Source of the DNA: Escherichia coli
GTDB taxonomy: Bacteria > Pseudomonadota > Gammaproteobacteria > Enterobacterales > Enterobacteriaceae
DNA: 64,000 nucleotides
Direction: 5' to 3' (one strand)
Assembly (NCBI RefSeq): GCF_003019035.1
Contig: NZ_CP027447.1
In this document: positions 28,562 to 38,632 of the stretch, one piece after another
Layout of the letters: the number at the start of each line of letters is the position of its first letter
Numbering within the stretch: position 1 is the first letter of the stretch
Notes under the pieces: generated by a model
The model's database searches: none
What the model saw: only the letters and a program-made list of their open reading frames with translations
What the model was told of the DNA's origin: nothing
Position numbers and translations under genes: made by a program

Positions 28562-30841
28562 ATGAGCGAGCCGTTAATTGTCGGCATCCGGCATCATAGT
28601 CCGGCCTGCGCCCGGCTGGTGAAATCGTTAATCGAAAGCCAGCGGCCACGATACGTGTTGATTGAAGGCCCGGCTGATTTTAATGACCGGGTAGACGAAC
28701 TGTTGTTAGCCCACCAGCTTCCGGTAGCTATTTACAGTTATTGCCAGTATCAGGATGGTGCGGCCCCCGGGCGTGGTGCCTGGACGCCATTTGCTGAATT
28801 TTCGCCGGAGTGGCAGGCGCTACAAGCCGCACGTCGTATTCAGGCACAAACTTACTTCATCGATTTGCCTTGCTGGGCACAAAGTGAAGAAGAGGACGAT
28901 TCGCCTGATACGCAAGAGGAAAGCCAGACCTTGCTGCTGCGTGCCACCCGCATGGATAACAGCGACACCCTGTGGGATCACTTGTTCGAAGATGAAAGCC
29001 AGCAAACTGCATTACCCTCTGCACTGGCGCACTATTTTGCCCAACTGCGGGGCGACGCCTCCGGCGATGCACTCAATCGTCAGCGCGAAGCCTTTATGGC
29101 CCGCTGGATTGCATGGGCGATGCAGCAAAATAATGGCGACGTATTAGTCGTCTGCGGAGGCTGGCACGCTCCGGCACTGGCAAAAATGTGGCGCGAATGC
29201 CCGCAAGAAATTAACACGCCAGAATTGCTCTTACTGGATGATGCCGTTACAGGTTGCTATCTCACGCCATACAGTGAAAAGCGCCTTGATGTGCTGGCAG
29301 GATACCTTTCAGGAATGCCTGCCCCGGTCTGGCAAAACTGGTGCTGGCGGTGGGGCTTGCAGCAGGCAGGTGAACAACTGCTGAAAACGGTTCTTACCCG
29401 TTTGCGCCAGCACCACTTGCCTGCTTCAACAGCGGATATGGCTGCCGCTCATCTGCATGCGATGGCACTGGCACAGTTGCGCGGTCATACACTACCGTTA
29501 CGCACTGACTGGCTGGATGCCATAGCAGGATCGCTGATTAAAGAAGCCCTGAATGCGCCGTTGCCGTGGAGCTATCGCGGCGTTATTCATCCCGATACCG
29601 ATCCGATTCTGCTAACGTTGATAGACACATTAGCGGGTGACGGATTCGGTAAACTTGCCCCTTCTACGCCACAACCGCCTCTGCCAAAAGATGTCACCTG
29701 CGAACTGGAACGTACCGCAATCTCTCTTCCGGCGGAGCTTACCTTAAATCGCTTTACCTCCGATGGACTGGCGCAAAGTCAGGTGTTACATCGGCTGGTA
29801 ATACTGGAGATCCCAGGGGTTGTGCGCCAGCAGGGAAGTACACTGACACTTGCAGGCAACGGTGAAGAACGCTGGAAATTAACCCGCCCGCTTAGCCAAC
29901 ATGCGGCATTAATTGAGGCCGCCTGCTTTGGTGCCACACTCCAGGAAGCCGCACGCCATAAATTAGAAGCCGATATGCTGGACGCGGGTGGAATCGGCAG
30001 TATCACCACATGTCTTAGCCAGGCGGCGTTAGCGGGTCTGGCGTCCTTCAGTCAACAATTACTGGAGCAACTTACATTATTAATCGCCCAGGAAAATCAG
30101 TTTGCCGAAATGGGCCAGGCGCTGGAAGTGCTATACGCCTTATGGCGGCTGGATGAAATTAGCGGTATGCAAGGCGCGCAGATATTACAGACGACGTTAT
30201 GCGCAGCTATCGATCGCACACTCTGGCTGTGTGAATCCAACGGCAGACCGGATGAAAAGGAGTTTCACGCTCACCTGCATAGCTGGCAAGCGCTTTGCCA
30301 TATCCTGCGCGATCTACATAGCGGCGTTAATTTACCCGGCGTTTCGCTTTCTGCGGCGGTAGCCTTACTGGAGCGCCGCAGTCAGGCGATTCATGCCCCG
30401 GCGCTGGATCGCGGCGCGGCTCTTGGCGCACTAATGCGTCTGGAACATCCCAACGCCAGTGCCGAAGCGGCGCTGACGATGCTGGCGCAGTTATCCCCGG
30501 CACAATCCGGCGAGGCGCTGCACGGTTTGCTGGCATTAGCCCGTCATCAACTGGCCTGTCAGCCGGCATTTATCGCCGGTTTCAGTAGTCATTTAAATCA
30601 ACTGAGTGACGACGATTTTATTAACGCCCTGCCCGATTTACGCGCGGCGATGGCCTGGCTACCACCACGAGAACGCGGGACGCTGGCGCATCAGGTGCTT
30701 GAGCATTACCAGCTCGCACAGCTTCCCATTTCAGCGCTGCAAATGCCGTTGCATTGTCCACCGCAAGCCATTGCACATCATCAACAACTCGAACAGCAGG
30801 CACTGGCATCGCTGCAACACTGGGGAGTTTTCCATGTCTGA
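28562..30841 (+). CDS. yehM: Large uncharacterised protein (759 aa), second gene of the yehLMPQ cassette
   Basis: ATG 10 nt after yehL stop with GAGGAAAGA RBS; Ala/Leu-rich, no motif I can recognise by eye; stop overlaps yehP start. Confidence 0.85.
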   Translation: MSEPLIVGIRHHSPACARLVKSLIESQRPRYVLIEGPADFNDRVDELLLAHQLPVAIYSYCQYQDGAAPGRGAWTPFAEFSPEWQALQAARRIQAQTYFIDLPCWAQSEEEDDSPDTQEESQTLLLRATRMDNSDTLWDHLFEDESQQTALPSALAHYFAQLRGDASGDALNRQREAFMARWIAWAMQQNNGDVLVVCGGWHAPALAKMWRECPQEINTPELLLLDDAVTGCYLTPYSEKRLDVLAGYLSGMPAPVWQNWCWRWGLQQAGEQLLKTVLTRLRQHHLPASTADMAAAHLHAMALAQLRGHTLPLRTDWLDAIAGSLIKEALNAPLPWSYRGVIHPDTDPILLTLIDTLAGDGFGKLAPSTPQPPLPKDVTCELERTAISLPAELTLNRFTSDGLAQSQVLHRLVILEIPGVVRQQGSTLTLAGNGEERWKLTRPLSQHAALIEAACFGATLQEAARHKLEADMLDAGGIGSITTCLSQAALAGLASFSQQLLEQLTLLIAQENQFAEMGQALEVLYALWRLDEISGMQGAQILQTTLCAAIDRTLWLCESNGRPDEKEFHAHLHSWQALCHILRDLHSGVNLPGVSLSAAVALLERRSQAIHAPALDRGAALGALMRLEHPNASAEAALTMLAQLSPAQSGEALHGLLALARHQLACQPAFIAGFSSHLNQLSDDDFINALPDLRAAMAWLPPRERGTLAHQVLEHYQLAQLPISALQMPLHCPPQAIAHHQQLEQQALASLQHWGVFHV

Positions 30842-31970
30842 ACTGAACGATCTTCTGACCACCCGTGAGCTACAACGCTGGCGATTAATTCTTGGCGAAG
30901 CGGCAGAAACGACGCTTTGTGGGCTGGATGACAACGCCCGGCAGATAGACCACGCGCTGGAGTGGCTGTACGGGCGCGATCCTGAACGGCTCCAGCGTGG
31001 TGAACGCTCTGGTGGATTAGGTGGCTCAAATCTCACCACCCCTGAGTGGATCAACAGTATTCACACGCTGTTTCCGCAACAGGTGATTGAGCGACTGGAA
31101 AGCGATGCCGTACTGCGCTACGGCATTGAAGATGTGGTGACGAATCTCGACGTGCTGGAACGTATGCAGCCTTCTGAAAGCCTGCTACGCGCCGTTTTGC
31201 ACACCAAACATCTGATGAATCCCGAAGTACTGGCTGCCGCCCGCCAGATAGTGCGCCAGGTTGTTGAAGAAATTATGGCTCGACTGGCAAAGGAAGTTCG
31301 TCAGGCTTTTTCTGGTGTCCGCGATCGCCGTCGCCGCTCATTTATTCCACTGGCGCGAAACTTTGATTTCAAAAGTACTCTGCGCGCCAACCTGCAACAC
31401 TGGCACCCGCAACACGGCAAGTTGTATATCGAATCCCCCCGCTTTAACAGCCGCATTAAACGCCAAAGCGAACAATGGCAACTGGTCTTACTGGTTGATC
31501 AAAGCGGATCAATGGTGGACTCGGTGATCCACTCAGCGGTGATGGCGGCCTGTTTATGGCAGTTACCCGGTATTCGTACCCATCTGGTGGCGTTTGACAC
31601 CAGCGTGGTTGATCTCACGGCAGACGTTGCCGATCCGGTAGAGTTATTAATGAAAGTGCAATTAGGCGGCGGAACCAATATCGCCAGTGCCATGGAATAT
31701 GGTCGGCAACTTATTGAACAACCAGCGAAAAGCGTCATTATCCTCGTGAGTGATTTTTATGAAGGGGGTTCATCATCATTGCTGACGCATCAGGTGAAAA
31801 AGTGTGTCCAGAGCGGCATCAAAGTGCTGGGGCTGGCAGCGCTCGACAGCACCGCAACGCCTTGCTATGACCGCGATATGGCCCAGGCGCTGGTTAATGT
31901 TGGCGCACAAATAGCCGCAATGACACCGGGTGAACTGGCTACCTGGCTTGCGGAGAATTTGCAGTCATGA
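30834..31970 (+). CDS. yehP: von Willebrand factor A (VWA) domain protein with MIDAS motif, 378 aa
   Basis: ATGTCTGA overlap with yehM stop; MIDAS-like LVLLVDQSGSM (DxSxS); ORF-track 5' extension rejected. Confidence 0.9.
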   Translation: MSELNDLLTTRELQRWRLILGEAAETTLCGLDDNARQIDHALEWLYGRDPERLQRGERSGGLGGSNLTTPEWINSIHTLFPQQVIERLESDAVLRYGIEDVVTNLDVLERMQPSESLLRAVLHTKHLMNPEVLAAARQIVRQVVEEIMARLAKEVRQAFSGVRDRRRRSFIPLARNFDFKSTLRANLQHWHPQHGKLYIESPRFNSRIKRQSEQWQLVLLVDQSGSMVDSVIHSAVMAACLWQLPGIRTHLVAFDTSVVDLTADVADPVELLMKVQLGGGTNIASAMEYGRQLIEQPAKSVIILVSDFYEGGSSSLLTHQVKKCVQSGIKVLGLAALDSTATPCYDRDMAQALVNVGAQIAAMTPGELATWLAENLQS

Positions 31971-33967
31971 ATTCACTACGTCCGGAATTATTAGAACTGA
32001 CGCCGCAGGCCCTGACGGCGTTAAGCAATGCCGGTTTTGTTAAGCGCAGTCTTAAGGAACTGGAAAATGGCAACGTCCCGGAAATCAGCCATGAGAACGG
32101 CGCTTTAATCGCCACCTTCAGTGACGGTGTCCGTACCCAACTGGCGAGCGGTCAGGCACTGAAAGAGGCCCGGTGCAGTTGCGGGGCCAGCGGCATGTGC
32201 CGCCATCGCGTGATGCTGGTGTTAAGTTATCAGCGACTTTGCGCCACCACTCAGCCCACGGAAAAAGAAGAAGAGTGGCAGCCTGCAATCTGGCTGGAAG
32301 AACTGGCTACCCTGCCCGATGCCACCCGCAAACGTGCACAGGCGCTGGTCGCTAAAGGCATCACCATTGAGTTATTCTGTGCGCCGGGCGAAATTCCCTC
32401 AGCCCGCTTACCGATGAGTGACGTGCGTTTTTATTCCCGCAGCAGCATTCGCTTCGCCCGCTGTGATTGCATTGAAGGAACGCTGTGTGAACATGTCGTA
32501 CTGGCGGTACAGGCCTTTGTCCAGGCCAAAACTCAGCAGGCGGAATTTACTCATTTAATCTGGCAGATGCGCAGCGAACACGTCACATCATCTGACGATC
32601 CGTTTGCCAGCGAAGAAGGCAACGCGTGTCGTCAATATGTTCAGCAATTAAGCCAGGCATTATGGCTTGGCGGCATCAGCCAGCCGCTTATTCACTACGA
32701 GGCCGCTTTCAGCCGCGCGCAGCAAGCGGCAGAGGCCTGCAACTGGCGCTGGGTGAGTGAGTCACTACGACAGCTACGGGCAAGCGTTGATGCCTTCCAC
32801 GCCCGCGCCAGTCACTATCATGCCGGAGAATGCTTACGTCAGCTTGCGGTATTAAACAGTCGATTAAATTGCGCACAAGAGATGGCGCGCCGCGACAGTA
32901 TCAGTGAAGTTCCTCCCATGCCGTGGCGAACGGTGGTTGGCGCAGGCATTGCTGGCGAAGCAAAGCTTGATCATTTGCGGCTGGTGTCGCTAGGTATGCG
33001 TTGCTGGCAGGATATTGAGCAGTATGGTTTACGCATCTGGTTTACCGATCCCGACACCGGCAGTATTTTGCACCTTTCGCGCAGTTGGCCGCGAAGTGAA
33101 CAGGAAAACTCACCGGCAGCGACGCGTCGGCTGTTGAGTTTTCAGGCAGGCGCGCTGGCGGGTGGACAAATTGTTTCACAGGCAGCGCGTCGCAGTGCCG
33201 AAGGCGAACTGCTATTCGCGACCCGCAACCGCTTAAGTAGCGTTGTGCCGCTGTCGCCAGACGCCTGGAAAATGCTGAGTGCGCCGCTGCGCCAGCCAGG
33301 CATTGTGGCTTTACGTGAATATTTACGCCAGCGTCCCCCCGCCTGCATACGACCACTCAACCAGGTCGATAACTTATTTATTCTGCCAGTCGCTGAGTGT
33401 ATTTCACTCGGTTGGGATAGCAGCCGCCAGACACTGGATGCGCAGGTAATCAGCGGCGAAGGTGAAGATAACGTGCTGACATTATCCCTACCAGCCTCTG
33501 CCTGTTCGCCCTTTGCTGTTGAACGCATGGCGGCGCTTTTGCAACAAACAGACGACCCCGTGAGTCTGGTTTCTGGCTTTGTCAGCTTTGTAGAGGGGCA
33601 ATTGACACTGGAACCACGGGTGATGATGACAAAAACCCGCGCCTGGGCGCTGGACGCAGAAACTGCGCCTGTAGCACCGCTACCTTCTGCCAGCGTTTTG
33701 CCTGTGCCGTCTACCGCTCATCAGTTGCTGATGCGCTGCCAGGCGTTACTTATTCAACTGCTCCATAACGGCTGGCGCTATCAGGAACAGAGTGCTATTG
33801 GTCAGGCAGAGTTGCTGGCGAATGACCTCACCGCGGTGGGTTTTTATCGGCTGGCACATGTGTTGGGACAATTTCGTAATACAGAAAGCGAGGCACGGGT
33901 AGAAGCAATGAATAACGGTGTTTTGCTTTGCGAACAATTATTCCCCATGCTTCAGCAACAAGGATGA
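31967..33967 (+). CDS. yehQ: SWIM zinc-finger protein, 666 aa
   Basis: ATGA overlap with yehP stop; two CxCxnCxH SWIM-type motifs (ARCSCGASGMCRHRV and ARCDCIEGTLCEHVV) in the N-terminal third. Confidence 0.88.
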   Translation: MNSLRPELLELTPQALTALSNAGFVKRSLKELENGNVPEISHENGALIATFSDGVRTQLASGQALKEARCSCGASGMCRHRVMLVLSYQRLCATTQPTEKEEEWQPAIWLEELATLPDATRKRAQALVAKGITIELFCAPGEIPSARLPMSDVRFYSRSSIRFARCDCIEGTLCEHVVLAVQAFVQAKTQQAEFTHLIWQMRSEHVTSSDDPFASEEGNACRQYVQQLSQALWLGGISQPLIHYEAAFSRAQQAAEACNWRWVSESLRQLRASVDAFHARASHYHAGECLRQLAVLNSRLNCAQEMARRDSISEVPPMPWRTVVGAGIAGEAKLDHLRLVSLGMRCWQDIEQYGLRIWFTDPDTGSILHLSRSWPRSEQENSPAATRRLLSFQAGALAGGQIVSQAARRSAEGELLFATRNRLSSVVPLSPDAWKMLSAPLRQPGIVALREYLRQRPPACIRPLNQVDNLFILPVAECISLGWDSSRQTLDAQVISGEGEDNVLTLSLPASACSPFAVERMAALLQQTDDPVSLVSGFVSFVEGQLTLEPRVMMTKTRAWALDAETAPVAPLPSASVLPVPSTAHQLLMRCQALLIQLLHNGWRYQEQSAIGQAELLANDLTAVGFYRLAHVLGQFRNTESEARVEAMNNGVLLCEQLFPMLQQQG

Positions 33968-34091
33968 AATAGTGCTTTTTATTAAGAGTTCTACTCCTGT
34001 TCCGGACTGCTCACGCCACAGTATTAGGCATATCCTATATAGCCCCTGGTGAGAGTCACCAGTTCCTTGATTAAATAAAATGGAGTTTTAC

Positions 34092-34553
34092 ATGAAGGCT
34101 TTCAATAAGCTGTTTTCCCTTGTTGTTGCATCTGTTCTGGTTTTCTCTCTTGCTGGCTGCGGTGACAAAGAAGAATCAAAGAAATTCAGCGCCAATCTGA
34201 ACGGCACTGAAATTGCCATTACCTATGTCTACAAAGGTGACAAGGTGCTTAAGCAATCTTCTGAAACCAAAATTCAATTTGCCTCCATTGGTGCAACCAC
34301 CAAAGAAGATGCCGCCAGGACACTTGAGCCGTTAAGCGCCAAATACAAAAACATCGCGGGTGTTGAAGAAAAATTAACCTATACCGATACCTACGCGCAG
34401 GAAAACGTGACTATTGATATGGAAAAAGTGGATTTTAAAGCCCTGCAGGGTATTTCAGGAATCAACGTTTCTGCTGAAGATGCCAAAAAAGGTATCACTA
34501 TGGCGCAAATGGAACTGGTGATGAAAGCCGCTGGTTTTAAAGAAGTGAAATAA
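34092..34553 (+). CDS. yehR: Lipoprotein of unknown function (DUF1307-type), 153 aa
   Basis: GGAG RBS 6 nt before ATG 34092; lipobox LAGC after signal peptide (MKAFNKLFSLVVASVLVFSLAGCGDKE). Confidence 0.88.
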   Translation: MKAFNKLFSLVVASVLVFSLAGCGDKEESKKFSANLNGTEIAITYVYKGDKVLKQSSETKIQFASIGATTKEDAARTLEPLSAKYKNIAGVEEKLTYTDTYAQENVTIDMEKVDFKALQGISGINVSAEDAKKGITMAQMELVMKAAGFKEVK

Positions 34554-34559
34554 TCTGTC

Positions 34560-34584
34560 GGCGGCCATGTTTCGCATGGCCGCC
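34560..34584. terminator. Bidirectional hairpin between convergent yehR and yehS
   Basis: Perfect 10-bp stem GGCGGCCATG / CATGGCCGCC with 5-nt loop TTTCG. Confidence 0.6.
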
Positions 34585-34593
34585 ATACCCGTC

Positions 34594-35064
34594 TTAGCTT
34601 TTCTTCACATGCTGGCGCGCTGCCAGTCCACGCAGAAAATAACGTAAAAATTGATCGCCGCATTCGCGGAAGTTTTTATGATCCGGTGCACGCATCATCG
34701 CCGTAATTTCCGGCATCGAAACGCGGAACTGCTGTTCGGTGAGGATCGCCAGAATGTCATCGGTTTTAAGCGAAAACGCGATGCGTAATTTTTTCAGCAC
34801 GATGTTGTTATTAATGCGACGTTCCGGCTCCAGTGCCGGAGCAGACTCATCCTTGCCGCGTTTTTCATAAATCAGGCCATTGAGGAATGAAGACAAAACA
34901 ATGTCCGGACAACGCTGAAAACCCTCTTCGTCTTCTTTACGTAGCCAGACGGCGATCTGTTCCGCGGTGGCTTCGACATTACCCAGCGCCAGAATACGCA
35001 CCAGGTCATTATTATTGGCTTTCAAAATGTAGCGCACGCTGCGCAGAATATCGTTACTTAGCAT
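34594..35064 (-). CDS. yehS: Cytoplasmic protein of unknown function (DUF1456-type), 156 aa
   Basis: Start at ATG 35062-35064 (MLSNDILRSVRYILK..) rather than ORF-track extension; recalled as YehS. Confidence 0.85.
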   Translation of the reverse strand: MLSNDILRSVRYILKANNNDLVRILALGNVEATAEQIAVWLRKEDEEGFQRCPDIVLSSFLNGLIYEKRGKDESAPALEPERRINNNIVLKKLRIAFSLKTDDILAILTEQQFRVSMPEITAMMRAPDHKNFRECGDQFLRYFLRGLAARQHVKKS

Positions 35065-35110
35065 GAGGCCTTCAGGTGTTGATGAGGCAAAAAGCCATTT
35101 TAGCAGTCTT

Positions 35111-35830
35111 TTACAGGCCAATCGCCTCTTTTAAGCTTTTCAGATAACGGCGGCTGACCGGCACGGTTAAGCCATTACGCAAAATCAACTCGGCCTGACC
35201 GTTATCTTCCAGACGAATCTCCTGTAAATGCGCGAGGTTAACCAGATACTGACGATGGCAGCGCAGTAGTGGTGTACGACTCTCCAGGGTACGTAATGTC
35301 AGTTCGGTAAAGCCCTCTTTCCCTTCGTGACTGGTAACGTAGACACCGCTCATCCGACTGCTGACAAATGCCACATCTTTCATTTGCAGCAAATAAATCC
35401 GACTATGCCCCGTACAAGGGATAAATTTCAGCGCCTGTTGATTTTCCGGTAACAACGAAACATCCTGCTTGCTGCGCTCCAGACGCAATCGCGCCAGCGT
35501 TTTCTCCAGTCGCGCTTCATCAATTGGCTTCAGCAGATAATCAAAGGCATGTTCTTCAAAGGCTTTAATGGCGTATTCATCAAACGCGGTGAGAAAAACA
35601 ATATACGGACGATGTTCCGGGTCGAGCATCCCCACCATTTCCAGACCACTGATGCGCGGCATCTGGATATCGAGGAACAGCACATCCGGGCGCAGTTTAT
35701 GCACCGCGCCGATCCCTTCCACGGCGTTTGAACACTCACCAACGATTTCAATATCGCTCTGCTCCTGCAAAAATACGCGCAGGTTCTCCCGTGCTAACGG
35801 TTCATCATCGACAATTAAGACTTTAATCAT
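35111..35830 (-). CDS. btsR: LytTR-family response regulator (pyruvate-responsive two-component system), 239 aa
   Basis: Receiver domain [17 protein letters not shown].. plus C-terminal LytTR DNA-binding domain; 4-nt overlap with btsS stop. Confidence 0.92.
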   Translation of the reverse strand: MIKVLIVDDEPLARENLRVFLQEQSDIEIVGECSNAVEGIGAVHKLRPDVLFLDIQMPRISGLEMVGMLDPEHRPYIVFLTAFDEYAIKAFEEHAFDYLLKPIDEARLEKTLARLRLERSKQDVSLLPENQQALKFIPCTGHSRIYLLQMKDVAFVSSRMSGVYVTSHEGKEGFTELTLRTLESRTPLLRCHRQYLVNLAHLQEIRLEDNGQAELILRNGLTVPVSRRYLKSLKEAIGL

Positions 35831-37512
35831 GCCTCGTCCCTCCATGGTAGTCGTAACGTTATTCGGGTGTAACTATCAGGCTCACAGGCGACGCTTATCC
35901 CATAGTCATCGCCAAACCGTTCACGTAAACGCTTATCCACCAGATTCATCCCCAGCCCACTGGCATTGGTTACCGGTTGATACAAACCGGCATTGTCTTC
36001 GATCTCCAGCATCAAATGTTGCCCCTCACGTCGGGCGCTGATTGCCACTCGCCCTGTATCCAGCAGTTGTGATGTCCCATGTTTAATGGCGTTTTCCACT
36101 ATCGGTTGCAGGGTAAACGCGGGCAATTGCTGCTGGGATAATTCTTGCGGAATAGCAATGTTGACCTGCAACCGCGACTGGAAGCGCGCCTTTTCAATTT
36201 GCAGATAAGCGTTCACATGTTCAATTTCGTCGGCGAGAGTAACAAACTCCGAAGGCCGCTTTAAGTTTTTGCGGAAAAAAGTGGAAAGATACTGCACCAG
36301 CTGGCTGGCCTGTTCGCTGTCGCGGCGGATCACCGCTTTAATGGTGTTAAGCGCATTAAACAAAAAATGGGGATTCACCTGGGCGTGAAGCAGTTTGATC
36401 TCTGACTGGGTGAGCATCGCTTTTTGCCGCTCATATTGCCCGGCGAGGATCTGCGCCGAAAGCAGTTGCGCAATCCCCTCACCCAGCGTGCGATTGATTG
36501 AACTGAATAAACGGTTTTTGGCTTCATACAATTTGATGGTACCCATCACTCGCTGATTTTCACCACGCAACGGAATGACCAGCGTCGACCCCAGTTTGCA
36601 TTGCGGATGCAAAGAGCAACGGTAAGGCACTTCGTTGCCATCAGCGTAGACCACTTCACCGGTTTCAATCGCTTTTAAGGTGTAAGTCGAAGAAATCGGT
36701 TTGCCGGGTAAATGGTGGTCGTCACCAATTCCGGTAAAGGCCAGCAATTTCTCTCGATCGGTAATCGCGACTGCACCAATATCCAGCTCCTGATACAGCA
36801 CCTGTGCCACTTTCATGCTGTTCACTTCGTTAAACCCCTGACGCAAAATGCCTTCCGTCGAGGCCGCCACTTTCAGCGCAGTGGCAGAAAAAGCTGAAGT
36901 GTATTTTTCAAACATCGCGCGTTTATCGAGCAATATACGCATAAACAGTGCCGCGCCGACGGTATTGGTGACCATCATTGGCGCAGCAATATTACTCACC
37001 AGACGCACCGCATCTTCATAAGGTCGGGCGATCGCCAGGATGATCAACATTTGCACCATTTCAGCGACGAACGTAACGGCACCGGCGGTAATGGGGTTAA
37101 AGACTTTATCAGTGCGCCCGCGACGGATCAGGATGCTGTGTACCAGGCCGCCGAGCAATCCTTCAACGATGGTCGAGATCATGCAACTTAGCGCGGTCAT
37201 GCCCCCCATCGAATATCGATGTAACCCGCCGGTCAGACCAACCAGCCCACCGACGACCGGACCGCCGAGTAAGCCGCCCATTACCGCGCCTATCGCACGG
37301 GTATTGGCAATAGAATCGTCAATGTGCAACCCAAACCAGGTGCCCATGATGCAGAAGATGGAAAAGACGATGTAGCAGAGAAATTTATGCGGCAGACGAA
37401 CCGTGACCTGCATTAACGGTATGAATAATGGCGTTTTACTCATTAACCACGCAATGACTAAAAAAACGCACATCTGCTGAAGCAGCAGCAACACCAGATT
37501 AAAATCGTACAT
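35827..37512 (-). CDS. btsS: LytS-type sensor histidine kinase (5TM Lyt-GAF-HisKA/HATPase), 561 aa
   Basis: N-terminal polytopic membrane domain, C-terminal kinase motifs (..[16 protein letters not shown].., ..[18 protein letters not shown]..); start ATG 37510-37512. Confidence 0.92.
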   Translation of the reverse strand: MYDFNLVLLLLQQMCVFLVIAWLMSKTPLFIPLMQVTVRLPHKFLCYIVFSIFCIMGTWFGLHIDDSIANTRAIGAVMGGLLGGPVVGGLVGLTGGLHRYSMGGMTALSCMISTIVEGLLGGLVHSILIRRGRTDKVFNPITAGAVTFVAEMVQMLIILAIARPYEDAVRLVSNIAAPMMVTNTVGAALFMRILLDKRAMFEKYTSAFSATALKVAASTEGILRQGFNEVNSMKVAQVLYQELDIGAVAITDREKLLAFTGIGDDHHLPGKPISSTYTLKAIETGEVVYADGNEVPYRCSLHPQCKLGSTLVIPLRGENQRVMGTIKLYEAKNRLFSSINRTLGEGIAQLLSAQILAGQYERQKAMLTQSEIKLLHAQVNPHFLFNALNTIKAVIRRDSEQASQLVQYLSTFFRKNLKRPSEFVTLADEIEHVNAYLQIEKARFQSRLQVNIAIPQELSQQQLPAFTLQPIVENAIKHGTSQLLDTGRVAISARREGQHLMLEIEDNAGLYQPVTNASGLGMNLVDKRLRERFGDDYGISVACEPDSYTRITLRLPWRDEA

Positions 37513-37733
37513 ACCCGCAAACCACACTTCCCTTTAAAACGCGTAACATACATTGCCTGCGTTTAACTTTCTTTGAACTCTTGCAGAAAAATGAGAATTC
37601 GTGAGTATGATCACTCAAAATCGCCTGGCAAAAATAAAATCACCCTATAGATGCACAAAAAACGGGCAAAACTACCTGGTTCGCAAAACTGCGTCTAAAG
37701 TTAAACCGGGACCTCGCGAGCAAGGGTGAGACG

Positions 37734-38465
37734 ATGGCGCTTTACACAATTGGTGAAGTGGCGTTGCTTTGTGATATTAACCCTGTCACGTTACGCGCGT
37801 GGCAGAGGCGTTACGGATTGCTGAAACCGCAACGGACAGACGGCGGTCATCGGCTGTTCAACGATGCCGATATTGACCGGATCCGCGAGATCAAACGCTG
37901 GATCGACAACGGCGTGCAGGTCAGCAAAGTTAAAATGCTGCTCAGTAATGAAAATGTTGATGTGCAGAACGGCTGGCGCGATCAGCAAGAAACATTACTG
38001 ACTTACCTGCAAAGCGGCAATCTGCATAGCCTGCGAACGTGGATCAAAGAGCGCGGTCAGGATTACCCCGCCCAGACACTCACCACGCACCTGTTTATTC
38101 CACTGCGCCGACGGCTTCAGTGCCAACAACCGACTCTCCAGGCGCTGCTGGCGATCCTCGACGGCGTACTGATCAACTACATCGCCATCTGTCTGGCTTC
38201 GGCGCGCAAAAAACAGGGTAAAGATGCACTGGTGGTTGGCTGGAATATTCAGGATACCACTCGTCTGTGGCTGGAGGGCTGGATTGCCAGTCAACAAGGA
38301 TGGCGCATTGATGTCCTCGCCCACTCGCTCAATCAACTACGCCCTGAACTGTTCGAAGGTCGTACATTGCTGGTGTGGTGCGGTGATAATCGAACCTCCG
38401 CCCAACAGCAGCAACTCACCAGTTGGCAGGAACAAGGCCATGATATTTTCCCACTCGGCATTTAA
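37734..38465 (+). CDS. mlrA: MerR-family transcriptional regulator (curli/csgD activator), 243 aa
   Basis: N-terminal MerR HTH YTIGEVALLCDINPVTLRAWQRRYGLL; recalled as MlrA/YehV. Confidence 0.92.
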   Translation: MALYTIGEVALLCDINPVTLRAWQRRYGLLKPQRTDGGHRLFNDADIDRIREIKRWIDNGVQVSKVKMLLSNENVDVQNGWRDQQETLLTYLQSGNLHSLRTWIKERGQDYPAQTLTTHLFIPLRRRLQCQQPTLQALLAILDGVLINYIAICLASARKKQGKDALVVGWNIQDTTRLWLEGWIASQQGWRIDVLAHSLNQLRPELFEGRTLLVWCGDNRTSAQQQQLTSWQEQGHDIFPLGI

Positions 38466-38524
38466 TGATTCGTTAACAAATGCGCTTTACTGTACAATCC
38501 TTTCGTTAACATAAGGAGTGCATT

Positions 38525-38632
38525 ATGCGCATAGCTAAAATTGGGGTCATCGCCCTGTTCCTGTTTATGGCGTTAGGCGGAATTGGTGGCGTCATGCTCG
38601 CAGGTTATACCTTTATTTTGCGTGCTGGCTGA
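38525..38632 (+). CDS. yohO: Small membrane protein, 35 aa
   Basis: AAGGAG RBS; translates [35 protein letters not shown] (single TM helix); 3' end overlaps the 3' end of yehW by 20 nt. Confidence 0.75.
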
